The position numbers and the translations under genes are program-made. The notes under the pieces were generated by a model. That model did no database searches, was not told where the DNA came from, and saw only the letters and a program-made list of their open reading frames with translations. From positions 14,204-78,203 of the forward strand of contig JAGATP010000007.1 of assembly GCA_017621155.1 (NCBI GenBank): a DNA stretch of 64,000 bases. Direction: 5' to 3'. Shown piece after piece: positions 1-8,001 of the stretch; positions within the stretch are counted from its first letter, which is position 1; each line of letters starts with the position of its first letter. The stretch comes from Clostridia bacterium (GTDB lineage: Bacteria > Bacillota > Clostridia > Christensenellales > Borkfalkiaceae).

Positions 1-1304
1 CTGGAGTCTCCGAGACAGTAGAGGTGCTTCACGTTCGTCTCGAGCTTTTCGTTCATCTTGATCTTATTCGAATAGAATTTGAGCTCGGGAGAATAGAGCA
101 GCGTTTCGTTGCTCGCAAAGCCGGGCACGACGCAATCGACCGCCTGAATGAAGTTGATGATGTTGGTCATGGCGCGATAGGGCATGGCGGAAGTGATGTC
201 TCCCGCGACGGCGTCCTTGAGCGTGGGTTTCACGTTGGACTGCGAAAGCTCCTTTTCCCAAGTGCGCTTGCCGTCCAGAATGTCCCCGTAGCGCTGCACC
301 ATGATTTTGCCCGCGCCGAGCATGTTGGTCAGCTCGCCCACCTTTTGCGCGTAGGCGATGGGCTGATTAAAGGGCTCGGTGAAGTTGTGCGAGCAGAGAA
401 TGGCGAGGTTGGTGTTCGCGGACTTCAGATTTTTATAGGAATGCCCGTTGACGACGGCAAGGTCGTTGTCGTAATTTTCCTGCGCGACGAAGCCGCCGGG
501 GTTCTGACAGAAGGTGCGCACCTTATTTTTGAACGGGCGGGGATAGCCGATGAGCTTGGACTCGTAGAGGACTTCGTTGACCTCTTCCATGACCTCGTTC
601 CGAACCTCGACCCGCACGCCGATGTCGACGGTGCCGGGCTTGTGGGCGATGTCGTACTTTGCGCAGATCTTTTCCAGCCAATCCGCACCCCTTCTTCCCG
701 TCGCGATGACGATGTCCTTGCCGAAGAACTCCTTGTCCCCGACGACGACGCCCTTGCACACGTCTCCTTCCAGGATGATGTCGTTGCATTCGGAGGAATA
801 GAGAATTTCGACGCCGTGCGAGAGGAGAAATTGTTCGATGTCGTAATACAGCTTTTGCGCCTTCTCCGTTCCGAGGTGGCGAATGGGACAATCGACGAGC
901 TTTAAGTTTGCCTTGATGGCTCTCTTTCGGATTTCCTTGACGCGCTCGGTCTGTCCGATGCCCTCTACCTTGGTTTCTGCCCCGAATTCGAGGTAGATCT
1001 TGTCTGTGTAGTCGATGAGCGATTGCGCCTTGTCCGCACCGATGAGGTCGGGGAGCTCTCCGCCCACTTCATAGGAGAGGGAAAGCTTTCCGTCCGAGAA
1101 AGCGCCCGCGCCGGAAAAGCCCGTGGTGATATTGCAGGGCTTGCAGTTCATGCACTTTCCCGTTTTCGCCTTGGGGCATTTGCGCTGTTCGACGCTCTTT
1201 CCCTTTTCGACGATGAGTATTTTTTTGTCCGAGCCCTTGCGGATGAGCTCAAGCGCGGTAAAAATGCCCGAAGGCCCTGCGCCGACGATGATTAAATCAT
1301 ACAT
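1..1304 (-). CDS. FAD-dependent oxidoreductase (NAD(FAD)-utilizing dehydrogenase, COG2509-like); 3' end lies outside the window
   Basis: Reverse-strand translation from the ATG at 1304-1302 reads MYDLIIVGAGPSGIFTALELIRKGSDKKILIVEKG... (GxGxxG FAD fold) and stays open to position 1. An AAGGAGAG SD lies just upstream. The gene is absent from the ORF track because it has no in-window stop. Confidence 0.85.
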   Translation of the reverse strand, partial: MYDLIIVGAGPSGIFTALELIRKGSDKKILIVEKGKSVEQRKCPKAKTGKCMNCKPCNITTGFSGAGAFSDGKLSLSYEVGGELPDLIGADKAQSLIDYTDKIYLEFGAETKVEGIGQTERVKEIRKRAIKANLKLVDCPIRHLGTEKAQKLYYDIEQFLLSHGVEILYSSECNDIILEGDVCKGVVVGDKEFFGKDIVIATGRRGADWLEKICAKYDIAHKPGTVDIGVRVEVRNEVMEEVNEVLYESKLIGYPRPFKNKVRTFCQNPGGFVAQENYDNDLAVVNGHSYKNLKSANTNLAILCSHNFTEPFNQPIAYAQKVGELTNMLGAGKIMVQRYGDILDGKRTWEKELSQSNVKPTLKDAVAGDITSAMPYRAMTNIINFIQAVDCVVPGFASNETLLYSPELKFYSNKIKMNEKLETNVKHLYCLGDS

Positions 1305-1317
1305 AAGAAGTCTCTCC

Positions 1318-1578
1318 TTAAACGATAATGCGCTCCAAAAACAGCGCGTCGAAGTCTACCGACTCGACGAAGTCCTTGGGCGTGAATTTGACGTGGTTGA
1401 ATTTGGCAAAATTGACGATGTGCGTCTTGAGAATGACGGGAGTGGGAACGTCGAGCGCATAGCAGATTTCGCTGAGATAATCGAAAAATTCGTGATGAAC
1501 GTACCTTCCCTCGTTTTCGTAGACGAATTGACGCGTTATTTTGCCGTCGATGAGTATTTTAGACCAAATACGAAACAT
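1318..1578 (-). CDS. small hypothetical protein (86 aa)
   Basis: ORF-track entry located immediately upstream of the oxidoreductase on the same strand. Its composition is plausible for a protein. I do not recognise a family. Confidence 0.55.
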   Translation of the reverse strand: MFRIWSKILIDGKITRQFVYENEGRYVHHEFFDYLSEICYALDVPTPVILKTHIVNFAKFNHVKFTPKDFVESVDFDALFLERIIV

Positions 1579-1625
1579 AGTACCCTTATTATACCAAAAG
1601 ATTGGCTTTTTTTCAAGAAAAAGAG

Positions 1626-1654
1626 TTGAATTTTTTCACCGATTGCGCTATAAT
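1626..1654 (+). promoter_or_regulatory. sigma-A type promoter (TTGAAT-17-TATAAT) for the Lrp/AsnC gene
   Basis: TTGAAT at 1626-1631 and TATAAT at 1649-1654 with a 17-nt spacer, about 25 nt upstream of the ATG at 1678. Confidence 0.7.
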
Positions 1655-1677
1655 TTAAAGAAAAGGAGGCGATATTC

Positions 1678-2163
1678 ATGGAAAAATTAGAAAAAGCCGT
1701 GGCGAATTTGTTGGCGGAGGACGCCCGCTTTACGGCGGAGAAGATTGCCATGATCCTTGGCGAAGAGGAAAGCACGATTCGCGCGCTCATTGCACGGATG
1801 GAAGAGGAGGGCAAAATCGTCAAGTATACCGCCATCTTAAACAGCGAAGACGAGGATCTCGTCGAGGCGTTCATCGAGGTCAAGGTGACGCCCAAAAAGG
1901 GCACGGGGTTTGACACCGTTGCCGAGGAGATCTCCGCTTGCAGCGAGGTGAAGAGCCTGTATCTCATGAGCGGCGCATACGATTTTGCCGTCATTGTGGA
2001 GGGCAAATCCCTTCGCAGCATTTCCCGCTTCGTTTCCGAGCGCATTTCCACGTATGACTGCGTCCTTTCCACCGCAACCCATTTTATCCTGAAAAAATAC
2101 AAAATCGAGGGCGTCGTCACCCACAAGAAGGCGGAAGAAAGGCGTCTTTCCGTACAGCCGTAA
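1678..2163 (+). CDS. Lrp/AsnC family transcriptional regulator
   Basis: 161 aa. It has an N-terminal HTH (ARFTAEKIAMILGEEESTIRALIARMEEEG) and a C-terminal AsnC-type ligand domain (VEAFIEVKV...YDFAVIVEG). GGAGG SD. Confidence 0.9.
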   Translation: MEKLEKAVANLLAEDARFTAEKIAMILGEEESTIRALIARMEEEGKIVKYTAILNSEDEDLVEAFIEVKVTPKKGTGFDTVAEEISACSEVKSLYLMSGAYDFAVIVEGKSLRSISRFVSERISTYDCVLSTATHFILKKYKIEGVVTHKKAEERRLSVQP

Positions 2164-2166
2164 GTT

Positions 2167-3339
2167 ATGAGAAATTTTTTAAACGCGCGCGCCGCTTCTT
2201 TGCAGCCGAGCGGCATTCGTAAGTTTTTTGACATCGTTTCCGAGATGAAGGACGCCATCTCCCTTGGCGTGGGCGAGCCCGATTTCGTCACGCCCTGGGG
2301 CATTCGGGACGCTGCCGTCCGCTCCATTCAAAAGGGTTATACGCAATATACGGGCAACCGCGGACTCCCCGAGCTTCGCGAGGAGATTGCCTATTACCTC
2401 AAAAACCGCTTTTTTGTCGACGCCGAAGCCGAGCATACCATCGTCACGGTGGGCGCTTCCGAGGCGATCGACCTCGTCATTCGCGCGATTTGCGAATTCG
2501 GCGACGAGATCCTCGTTCCCGACCCGAGCTACGTCTCCTATGCGCCCTGCGTTTCCCTTGCGGGGGGCAAAGCAATTCCCGTCCGCTGCGTGGCGGACAA
2601 CGGATTTATTCTCACTCCCGAATCGTTGGAGCGAGCCATTACCGAGAAGACAAAGGCGCTCATCCTCGCTTATCCCAACAACCCCACGGGCGGGATTATG
2701 ACGAAAGAGCAGCTGGAGGCAATCGTCCCCGTCATCGAAAAGCACGACCTTCTCGTCATCGACGATGAGATTTACGCGGAGCTCACCTATGGCGGGCGGC
2801 ACTGTTCCATCGCGTCGCTCCCCGGCATGCAGTCGAGAACGGTGCTCATCTCGGGCTTTTCCAAGGCGTTCGCCATGACGGGTTGGCGGGTCGGCTTCGT
2901 CTGTGCGCCTCCCGAAATTGACGACGCCATTTTCAAGATTCATCAGTACACGATTATGTGTGCGCCGAGAATGAGTCAGGCGGCGGCGATCTACGCCTTA
3001 AAAGAGGGCAGAGAGGACAATTATGCTGTCGTTGAGGAGATGACGGAGGAATACAACCGCAGGAGAAGATTTCTGGTCGCCTCCTTCCATAAAATGGGGC
3101 TTTCCTGCTTCGAACCTAAGGGTGCGTTTTACGTTTTCCCCTCCGTGGAGAGCACGGGACTGACGGGCGAGGCGTTCGCCAACGGGCTCTTGCAGGAGAA
3201 AAAGGTTGCAGTCGTCCCCGGTTCGGCGTTCGGGGCGTGCGGCGTCTACCACGTCCGCTGTTCGTATGCGACGGGCATGGCGCAGCTTTCGGAGGCGGTG
3301 GACAGAATTTCCGATTTCGTATATCATTGCAAGGGATAA
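2167..3339 (+). CDS. class I/II PLP-dependent aminotransferase (aspartate/aromatic-type)
   Basis: 390 aa with motifs NPTGG and the PLP-lysine context SGFSKAFAMTGWRVGF. Pairing with an upstream Lrp/AsnC regulator is typical. Confidence 0.9.
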   Translation: MRNFLNARAASLQPSGIRKFFDIVSEMKDAISLGVGEPDFVTPWGIRDAAVRSIQKGYTQYTGNRGLPELREEIAYYLKNRFFVDAEAEHTIVTVGASEAIDLVIRAICEFGDEILVPDPSYVSYAPCVSLAGGKAIPVRCVADNGFILTPESLERAITEKTKALILAYPNNPTGGIMTKEQLEAIVPVIEKHDLLVIDDEIYAELTYGGRHCSIASLPGMQSRTVLISGFSKAFAMTGWRVGFVCAPPEIDDAIFKIHQYTIMCAPRMSQAAAIYALKEGREDNYAVVEEMTEEYNRRRRFLVASFHKMGLSCFEPKGAFYVFPSVESTGLTGEAFANGLLQEKKVAVVPGSAFGACGVYHVRCSYATGMAQLSEAVDRISDFVYHCKG

Positions 3340-3368
3340 CATTTTGAAACCATTTGAAAAACAGAAAG

Positions 3369-3403
3369 CCGCGCGCTCCGTTCGGAGCGCGCGGTTGTTT
3401 TTT
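3369..3403. terminator. intrinsic terminator between convergent genes
   Basis: An 11-bp GC stem CCGCGCGCTCC/GGAGCGCGCGG with loop GTTC, followed by TTGTTTTTT. A-rich on the other side. Confidence 0.8.
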
Positions 3404-3417
3404 GAAAAAATGGGATG

Positions 3418-4215
3418 TCAGGTCGGCTGTTTTTTGAAAAAGATTCGGATTCCGATGAAAATAATCGGAACGAGGCAGAGGAATGCCGCCGCATAGAAAG
3501 CGCCGCTTCCGAGGGTGAGAACTTCCGTCCTCTGGAATTGAAAGGTCAAAACGGCAAGGTAGGTATTCAAACCGCCGACGACGAATAAAATCCGCTCGCT
3601 CGTCTTTCGCACTTCCGCCGAGCGGGAGAATAGAAGAACGATTCCGCCCAACAGGCAGAACAGCCCGTAGTTGGCGACCGTTCGAAACAGAATGCCGTAG
3701 CTATGTTTGGGCTCAGTCTCGAAGAGATTGGCGTCCACCCACGCCCCCCAAATCAGCAAGACGAGGGAGAGCACCGCCGGAAGCAGGGAGAGGAAGGCTT
3801 TTCCGTCGATCTTGGTGCGGGGCTCGCGCAGCGTATGGACGAGAAAAAGAGTTAAAAGGACGAGGAAGGGAAGGACAAAGCAAATTCCGAAATAGGGCAG
3901 AATCTGCTCGATTTTATTAGGAAGCCAACCTTCCATTATAAGGAAATAGAGATTATCGGTCGCATTTATGACTGCTCCTCTTAGCGCAATATAGCTTGCC
4001 ATGACCCATCCGAACAGGAGAAGAGAAACGCTCTTTGCGCGAATGGCAAGCAGCGCACCCAAGAGGCATACGGAAAATACGCCGATATAATAGATGAAGC
4101 CCAGCCAGTTGCCAAAATCAACCTGATAGGAAAAGAGAATGGGAAACAGAATGACGGACACCAGATAGAAAAACGGTAGCGTAAGAGAAAAATATTTGAC
4201 GGGAATTTTTTTCAT
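3418..4215 (-). CDS. polytopic membrane protein, unknown function
   Basis: 265 aa with about 8 hydrophobic segments. GGAGG SD upstream of the ATG at 4215. Confidence 0.7.
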   Translation of the reverse strand: MKKIPVKYFSLTLPFFYLVSVILFPILFSYQVDFGNWLGFIYYIGVFSVCLLGALLAIRAKSVSLLLFGWVMASYIALRGAVINATDNLYFLIMEGWLPNKIEQILPYFGICFVLPFLVLLTLFLVHTLREPRTKIDGKAFLSLLPAVLSLVLLIWGAWVDANLFETEPKHSYGILFRTVANYGLFCLLGGIVLLFSRSAEVRKTSERILFVVGGLNTYLAVLTFQFQRTEVLTLGSGAFYAAAFLCLVPIIFIGIRIFFKKQPT

Positions 4216-4302
4216 AAATGACCTCCTTGTCGCTTATACCGAAATTCGAAGAATGTGTGAAAATGACAGAGGATTTTGGTAGTCTGCATCGATTTCACTT
4301 GA

Positions 4303-4331
4303 ATTATATCATTCAAACACTGATTTGTCAA
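4303..4331 (-). promoter_or_regulatory. sigma-A type promoter (TTGACA-17-TATAAT) for the membrane protein gene
   Basis: The reverse strand reads TTGACAaatcagtgtttgaatgaTATAAT. Confidence 0.7.
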
Positions 4332-4423
4332 TAAAAAAATACGAAATGAAATAAAGTTTTTTGGAAATATTCTCAAAAAGAGATTAATTTGATCGTAAAA
4401 AGTGGATAAATTGAAAAAGAATA

Positions 4424-4454
4424 CCGCCGCAAACTTTTTTGCTGTTTGCGGCGG
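4424..4454 (-). terminator. intrinsic terminator ending the XRE gene array
   Basis: Stem CCGCCGCAAAC/GTTTGCGGCGG. On the minus strand it is followed by TATTCTTTTTC. Confidence 0.75.
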
Positions 4455-4508
4455 CGTAAGAGAATATGTTTTTTTCAGTGAAAGGGCGGCGTTTGCCTTG
4501 CGGCATTT

Positions 4509-4949
4509 TTAAGTCTCTCGTCCGAGAATAAAGTCAACCGAGCAATCGAAGTAGTTTGCGAGCCGGATCAAGTTTTCGACGGTCGGCTCGTATCGCCCTT
4601 TGTGCCAACGGTTGACCGTTTCCTCAGTCAACTTTGTTTCTTTTTCGAGGCGGTATTTTGTAACGTGGAAATAGGAGAGGAGGAAAGAGAGTTGCTTTGA
4701 AAAGGGCGGACGCTGTTTGAAAGAAGTTTCCTTCAGATTGTCGGTAAGACCGAGAAGGTAGTCCGTCGAACAGTGAAAAAAGTCGGCAAGCGAAACCAAA
4801 GTCTTTGCAGAAGGCAGGCGTTCCGCCCGCAAAAACTTGGAAATGACCGACTGATCGATTTTCGTCCGCTCGGCAAGCGCGGGCGTTTTGACGTCCGCTT
4901 CCGTCATCAAATCCTTGAGCCTTTCGGAAAGTTGTTCTAAAATATTCAT
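4509..4949 (-). CDS. XRE-family regulator with two HTH domains (paralog 3 of 3)
   Basis: 146 aa. There are two Cro/C1-like halves, each ending in a D(Y/F)(L/I)LG motif (STDYLLGL and SVDFILGRET). Confidence 0.8.
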   Translation of the reverse strand: MNILEQLSERLKDLMTEADVKTPALAERTKIDQSVISKFLRAERLPSAKTLVSLADFFHCSTDYLLGLTDNLKETSFKQRPPFSKQLSFLLSYFHVTKYRLEKETKLTEETVNRWHKGRYEPTVENLIRLANYFDCSVDFILGRET

Positions 4950-4952
4950 TTT

Positions 4953-5384
4953 TTAAGATTCCCGTCCGAGAATAAAGTCAACCCTGCGACCAAAGTAATC
5001 GGCAAGCCGAATGACGTTTTCAACGGTCGGTTGACGCTTTCCGCTCTTCCAATCGTAATAAGAACTCTTGGAAATTTCCGCTTTCGTGTAGATTTCGTAA
5101 GACGAGCAGGCAAAATAGGCTTTGAGAAATGCAAGTCGTTCCGAAAAGGGAGGGGCTGGCTGAAAGGTAAGCGAAAGGTTCTCCTCTTCGCGCCCTAACA
5201 GGAAATCGGTGGAACGCCGAAAGAAATCTGCAATTTTAATGAGATGTTCGGTGGCTGGTGTGTGCCTGTCCTGCAAATAGTGCGTAAGACAAGCGGCGCT
5301 GATGTTTAATTTTTGCGCGAGCGTTTTTCGGTTGAGATTGCCTTCGAGCATAAGCCCGCCAAGCCGTTCGACAAATTCTGACAT
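4953..5384 (-). CDS. XRE-family regulator with two HTH domains (paralog 2 of 3)
   Basis: I take the start at the internal ATG (MSEFVERLGG...), which aligns with the N-termini of its paralogs and avoids overlap with the upstream gene. Motifs STDFLLGRE and RVDFILGRES. Confidence 0.75.
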   Translation of the reverse strand: MSEFVERLGGLMLEGNLNRKTLAQKLNISAACLTHYLQDRHTPATEHLIKIADFFRRSTDFLLGREEENLSLTFQPAPPFSERLAFLKAYFACSSYEIYTKAEISKSSYYDWKSGKRQPTVENVIRLADYFGRRVDFILGRES

Positions 5385-5415
5385 GATTTCCTCAAGCGGT
5401 AAGTGTTTTTGTGAT

Positions 5416-5868
5416 TCATTTCTCCCGTCCGAGGATAAGGTCAACGGAACAGTCGAAAAATTCAGCCATCTTCACGACGTTGTCGAGGGAAGGAAGCCGC
5501 TTTCCGCTTTTCCATGCGTAAACTATGCTTTGATGAACGTTCGCTTCCAAGGAAAAGCGATAGCTCGAATAACCGAAGCGATTCAATACCTTGCAGAGTT
5601 GCTCTGAAAACGGGGGAGAGGGCGTAAAGGTGCGCACGGAGTTGTTACTTTCCCGCCCCAACAGAAAATCCGTCGAGCATTGAAAGTAATCGGCAAGCAA
5701 AACCAGGTTTTTCACGGTCGGCTCTCGCTCTGCCCGCAAATAGCGGGTGATGGTAGACCCCTGCAAGCCGAGCCGTCCCGCCAAGGTCTTTGCATCCGTT
5801 TTCTGTTGAAGGGACTGCTCAAAAATGAGCTCGTCCAGCCGTTCGGCAAATTTCGACAAATTAACCAT
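5416..5868 (-). CDS. XRE-family regulator with two HTH domains (paralog 1 of 3)
   Basis: 150 aa. Motifs STDFLLGRES and SVDLILGREK. AAAGGA SD. Confidence 0.8.
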   Translation of the reverse strand: MVNLSKFAERLDELIFEQSLQQKTDAKTLAGRLGLQGSTITRYLRAEREPTVKNLVLLADYFQCSTDFLLGRESNNSVRTFTPSPPFSEQLCKVLNRFGYSSYRFSLEANVHQSIVYAWKSGKRLPSLDNVVKMAEFFDCSVDLILGREK

Positions 5869-5895
5869 AAAAAAGTCCTTTTTCTACAAATATTA

Positions 5896-5942
5896 TCACG
5901 CACTTTGGCATTTAAAAGCTTGTAGAATGCCAACGTGCGTGA
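5896..5942. promoter_or_regulatory. 17-bp inverted repeat (operator candidate) in the divergent XRE/small-ORF control region
   Basis: TCACGCACTTTGGCATT (5896-5912) and AATGCCAACGTGCGTGA (5926-5942) match at 16 of 17 positions and are separated by 13 nt. The right arm abuts TATAAT at 5944-5949. The left arm abuts ATTATC (the reverse complement of GATAAT) at 5892-5897. Confidence 0.65.
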
Positions 5943-6000
5943 GTATAATATAGCTACACCGAAGGCATGCAAAGGTGAATCTTATTTTTGAGGTACTTTT

Positions 6001-6195
6001 ATGGAAAAACAAATGCAAGCGCTGATGGGAGAAGCGGCAAGAAACGAGGGAAAAATCGAGGGGAAGGATTTCCTTGCGGAAATCAAGGTGCTGCTCGACG
6101 ATTATTTTGAGGGGGAATTTACCTGCGGCGAGGGGAACATTTGTTGCCGACTTTTCAACGGGCAGACCATTCGCCTTGTCGCGGAGGAAGAATAG
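6001..6195 (+). CDS. small hypothetical protein (64 aa, acidic, 3 Cys)
   Basis: ORF-track entry with a GAGG SD, transcribed divergently from the XRE array and followed by a hairpin. Confidence 0.55.
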   Translation: MEKQMQALMGEAARNEGKIEGKDFLAEIKVLLDDYFEGEFTCGEGNICCRLFNGQTIRLVAEEE

Positions 6196-6231
6196 AAAAG
6201 CGTCCCTTTGTAGTTTAACAAAAAATGAGAA

Positions 6232-6257
6232 AGCCGACAGGATGCGTTCTGTCGGCT
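6232..6257 (+). terminator. possible terminator hairpin
   Basis: Stem AGCCGACAG/CTGTCGGCT. The downstream tract GTTGTCTTGTTC is only moderately T-rich. Confidence 0.45.
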
Positions 6258-6342
6258 GTTGTCTTGTTCTGTCAAGAAATTCCTTTGATCGGGATATGGC
6301 GTGGATGGAAAAACTTTCGCCTATTCTTCACAGCGCAACCCA

Positions 6343-6371
6343 TTGACAAATTGCGGAAAATAGCGTATAAT
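6343..6371 (+). promoter_or_regulatory. sigma-A type promoter (TTGACA-17-TATAAT) for the lipoprotein gene
   Basis: TTGACA at 6343-6348 and TATAAT at 6366-6371. Confidence 0.75.
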
Positions 6372-6431
6372 GAAGAAAAGCGAAAGAAAAGAGAGGGAGT
6401 ATCCCGAAAAAAACAAAAACGGAGGTCAATC

Positions 6432-7259
6432 ATGAAAAAGTCTTTTGCAGTATTCGCCCTTTTGGGTGCTTTGTCCCTGACCGTTCTTGCGGGTTGCGGG
6501 CCGGAAAAGCCGACCGAACCTCCCAAGACCACGGCGACGACGACCGCACCCTCTACAACTGTACCCGTAACGCCTGAGCCGACGACTCCTCCGCTCACCA
6601 AGCAGGACTACATAGACGATCTTAAAAAGACGATGGAAACCTCTTTGAATCAGAGCGATATTTTCCTCGAGCTGAGAGTCAAAACGAAAGGTTTTAATTT
6701 CCCCATCGCCATCGTCAGAAGCGGCGGGGGAACGGAAAGCGAAATTTACGGCGTCAGCCTCTTTAATTACGACGGAAGGGAAATTTATTACACGAACGGC
6801 TATCAGTTCACTTACGTCGACGAGGTATTGGAATCCAAAGAACCCGTGGAGGAAAACGAGGACTTCTTCGAGCAGCTCAAGACGCAGTTCGACGAGCAGT
6901 ACGACGAGGAGAAGATCGAGATTTCCCGTACGGAAGAAGAGGATAATTACGTCTACACTATCACCTTGAGCGGGCTTGACAAGGTGGATTTTCCGACCCT
7001 TCCCGAATTCGGAGGAGGAGATGCGGAGGAATTCGAGGGGATTTTCGGCCCGATCGAAGAGATGAAGCTCCCCGAAACGCTGACGCTTACTTTGACGACG
7101 GATAAGGAAAAGGTTCTTTCCCTTTCTTTTCAGGCGGCTTTTGAAACGGAGGACGGGGCGATTTCTCTGACCGTTACGGCGACCTTCCTTTACGGAGAGG
7201 AAGCGGAGTATCCCTTCTATGCCGAAGTCAAGGAACAGGCTGCCGCGGGCAAAGTCTGA
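6432..7259 (+). CDS. secreted lipoprotein, unknown function
   Basis: I take the start at MKKSFAVFALLGALSLTVLAGC (lipobox LAGC) with a GGAGG SD. The upstream part of ORF 6225..7259 covers the promoter. A Thr/Pro-rich linker is followed by an acidic domain. Confidence 0.8.
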   Translation: MKKSFAVFALLGALSLTVLAGCGPEKPTEPPKTTATTTAPSTTVPVTPEPTTPPLTKQDYIDDLKKTMETSLNQSDIFLELRVKTKGFNFPIAIVRSGGGTESEIYGVSLFNYDGREIYYTNGYQFTYVDEVLESKEPVEENEDFFEQLKTQFDEQYDEEKIEISRTEEEDNYVYTITLSGLDKVDFPTLPEFGGGDAEEFEGIFGPIEEMKLPETLTLTLTTDKEKVLSLSFQAAFETEDGAISLTVTATFLYGEEAEYPFYAEVKEQAAAGKV

Positions 7260-7308
7260 CCGTTTTTGACGAAAACGGCGCAAAACCTTCAGAACGAGTG
7301 AAAACCCG

Positions 7309-7337
7309 TTGACAAACGGCGCAAAAAGCATTATAAT
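7309..7337 (+). promoter_or_regulatory. sigma-A type promoter (TTGACA-17-TATAAT) for greA
   Basis: TTGACA at 7309-7314 and TATAAT at 7332-7337. Confidence 0.75.
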
Positions 7338-7355
7338 AGCAAAAAGAATCGGATA

Positions 7356-7400
7356 CCATGCCTTTGCGCATGGTTTCATGCCTTTACGCATGGTTTTATC
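7356..7400 (+). promoter_or_regulatory. tandem repeated hairpins in the greA 5' leader (attenuator-like)
   Basis: CCATGC-CTTTGC-GCATGG is followed by TTT, then CATGC-CTTTAC-GCATG, then GTTTTATCC. The middle segments GCATG/CATGC can also pair with each other. Confidence 0.45.
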
Positions 7401-7428
7401 CGTATTGTGATTTTGATTGAGGTGAATT

Positions 7429-7899
7429 ATGGCAGATCAACAATTTTTCATGTCGCAGAAGGGCTATGAAGAGGCGGTAGAGAGACTCAAGTACCTTTCC
7501 ACGACCAAGCGTGACGAAATCGTCGCCCGCATTTCCGAGGCGAGATCGCACGGAGACCTCTCCGAGAACGCCGAATACGACGCCGCCAGAAACGAACAGG
7601 CGGCAAACGAGGGTGAAATCGTCGAACTCGAATATAAAGTAAAGCACGCCGTGATCGTCGAGGAATCGAGCGATACCTCTTCCGTTCACTTCGGCTCGAA
7701 GGTGACTGTCCTCGATCCCGACTTCGGCGAAGAGGAGACCTATGAGATTACGGGCGCAACCGAAGCCGATCCCTTTGCGGGAAAAATCGCCGACGATTCT
7801 CCCGTGGCAATGGCGCTCCTTCGCCACAAGAAGGGAGACGTCGTCACCGTCGTCTGCCCCGAGGGTCAGTATTCCCTGAAAATCGTCAACATTCAGTAA
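7429..7899 (+). CDS. greA: transcription elongation factor GreA
   Basis: 156 aa. Coiled-coil N-terminus with the motif HGDLSENAEYDAA, followed by a GreA C-terminal domain. Confidence 0.93.
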   Translation: MADQQFFMSQKGYEEAVERLKYLSTTKRDEIVARISEARSHGDLSENAEYDAARNEQAANEGEIVELEYKVKHAVIVEESSDTSSVHFGSKVTVLDPDFGEEETYEITGATEADPFAGKIADDSPVAMALLRHKKGDVVTVVCPEGQYSLKIVNIQ

Positions 7900-8001
7900 A
7901 TTTCGGGAAGGCGTTTTTTACGGACTTCGAATTTTGCACGGCATTTTCGCTCTCCTTCAAGTGCGCCCCTTTCCCAAACCACGAATCATAGGACTCTATC
8001 C

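Noticed and set aside
24-905. 293-aa plus-strand ORF from the track
   Set aside because: It lies antisense to a clearly recognisable FAD-oxidoreductase gene, has no SD, and has a biased Gly/Val/Asp/His/Arg composition. It is a GC3-driven shadow ORF.
4216-4508. 293-nt A/T-rich intergenic region checked for small ORFs (for example the 23-codon MTEDFGSLHRF...) or a structured RNA
   Set aside because: No SD precedes the small ORFs. The region is explained by a consensus minus-strand promoter (4303-4331) and the XRE-array terminator (4424-4454).
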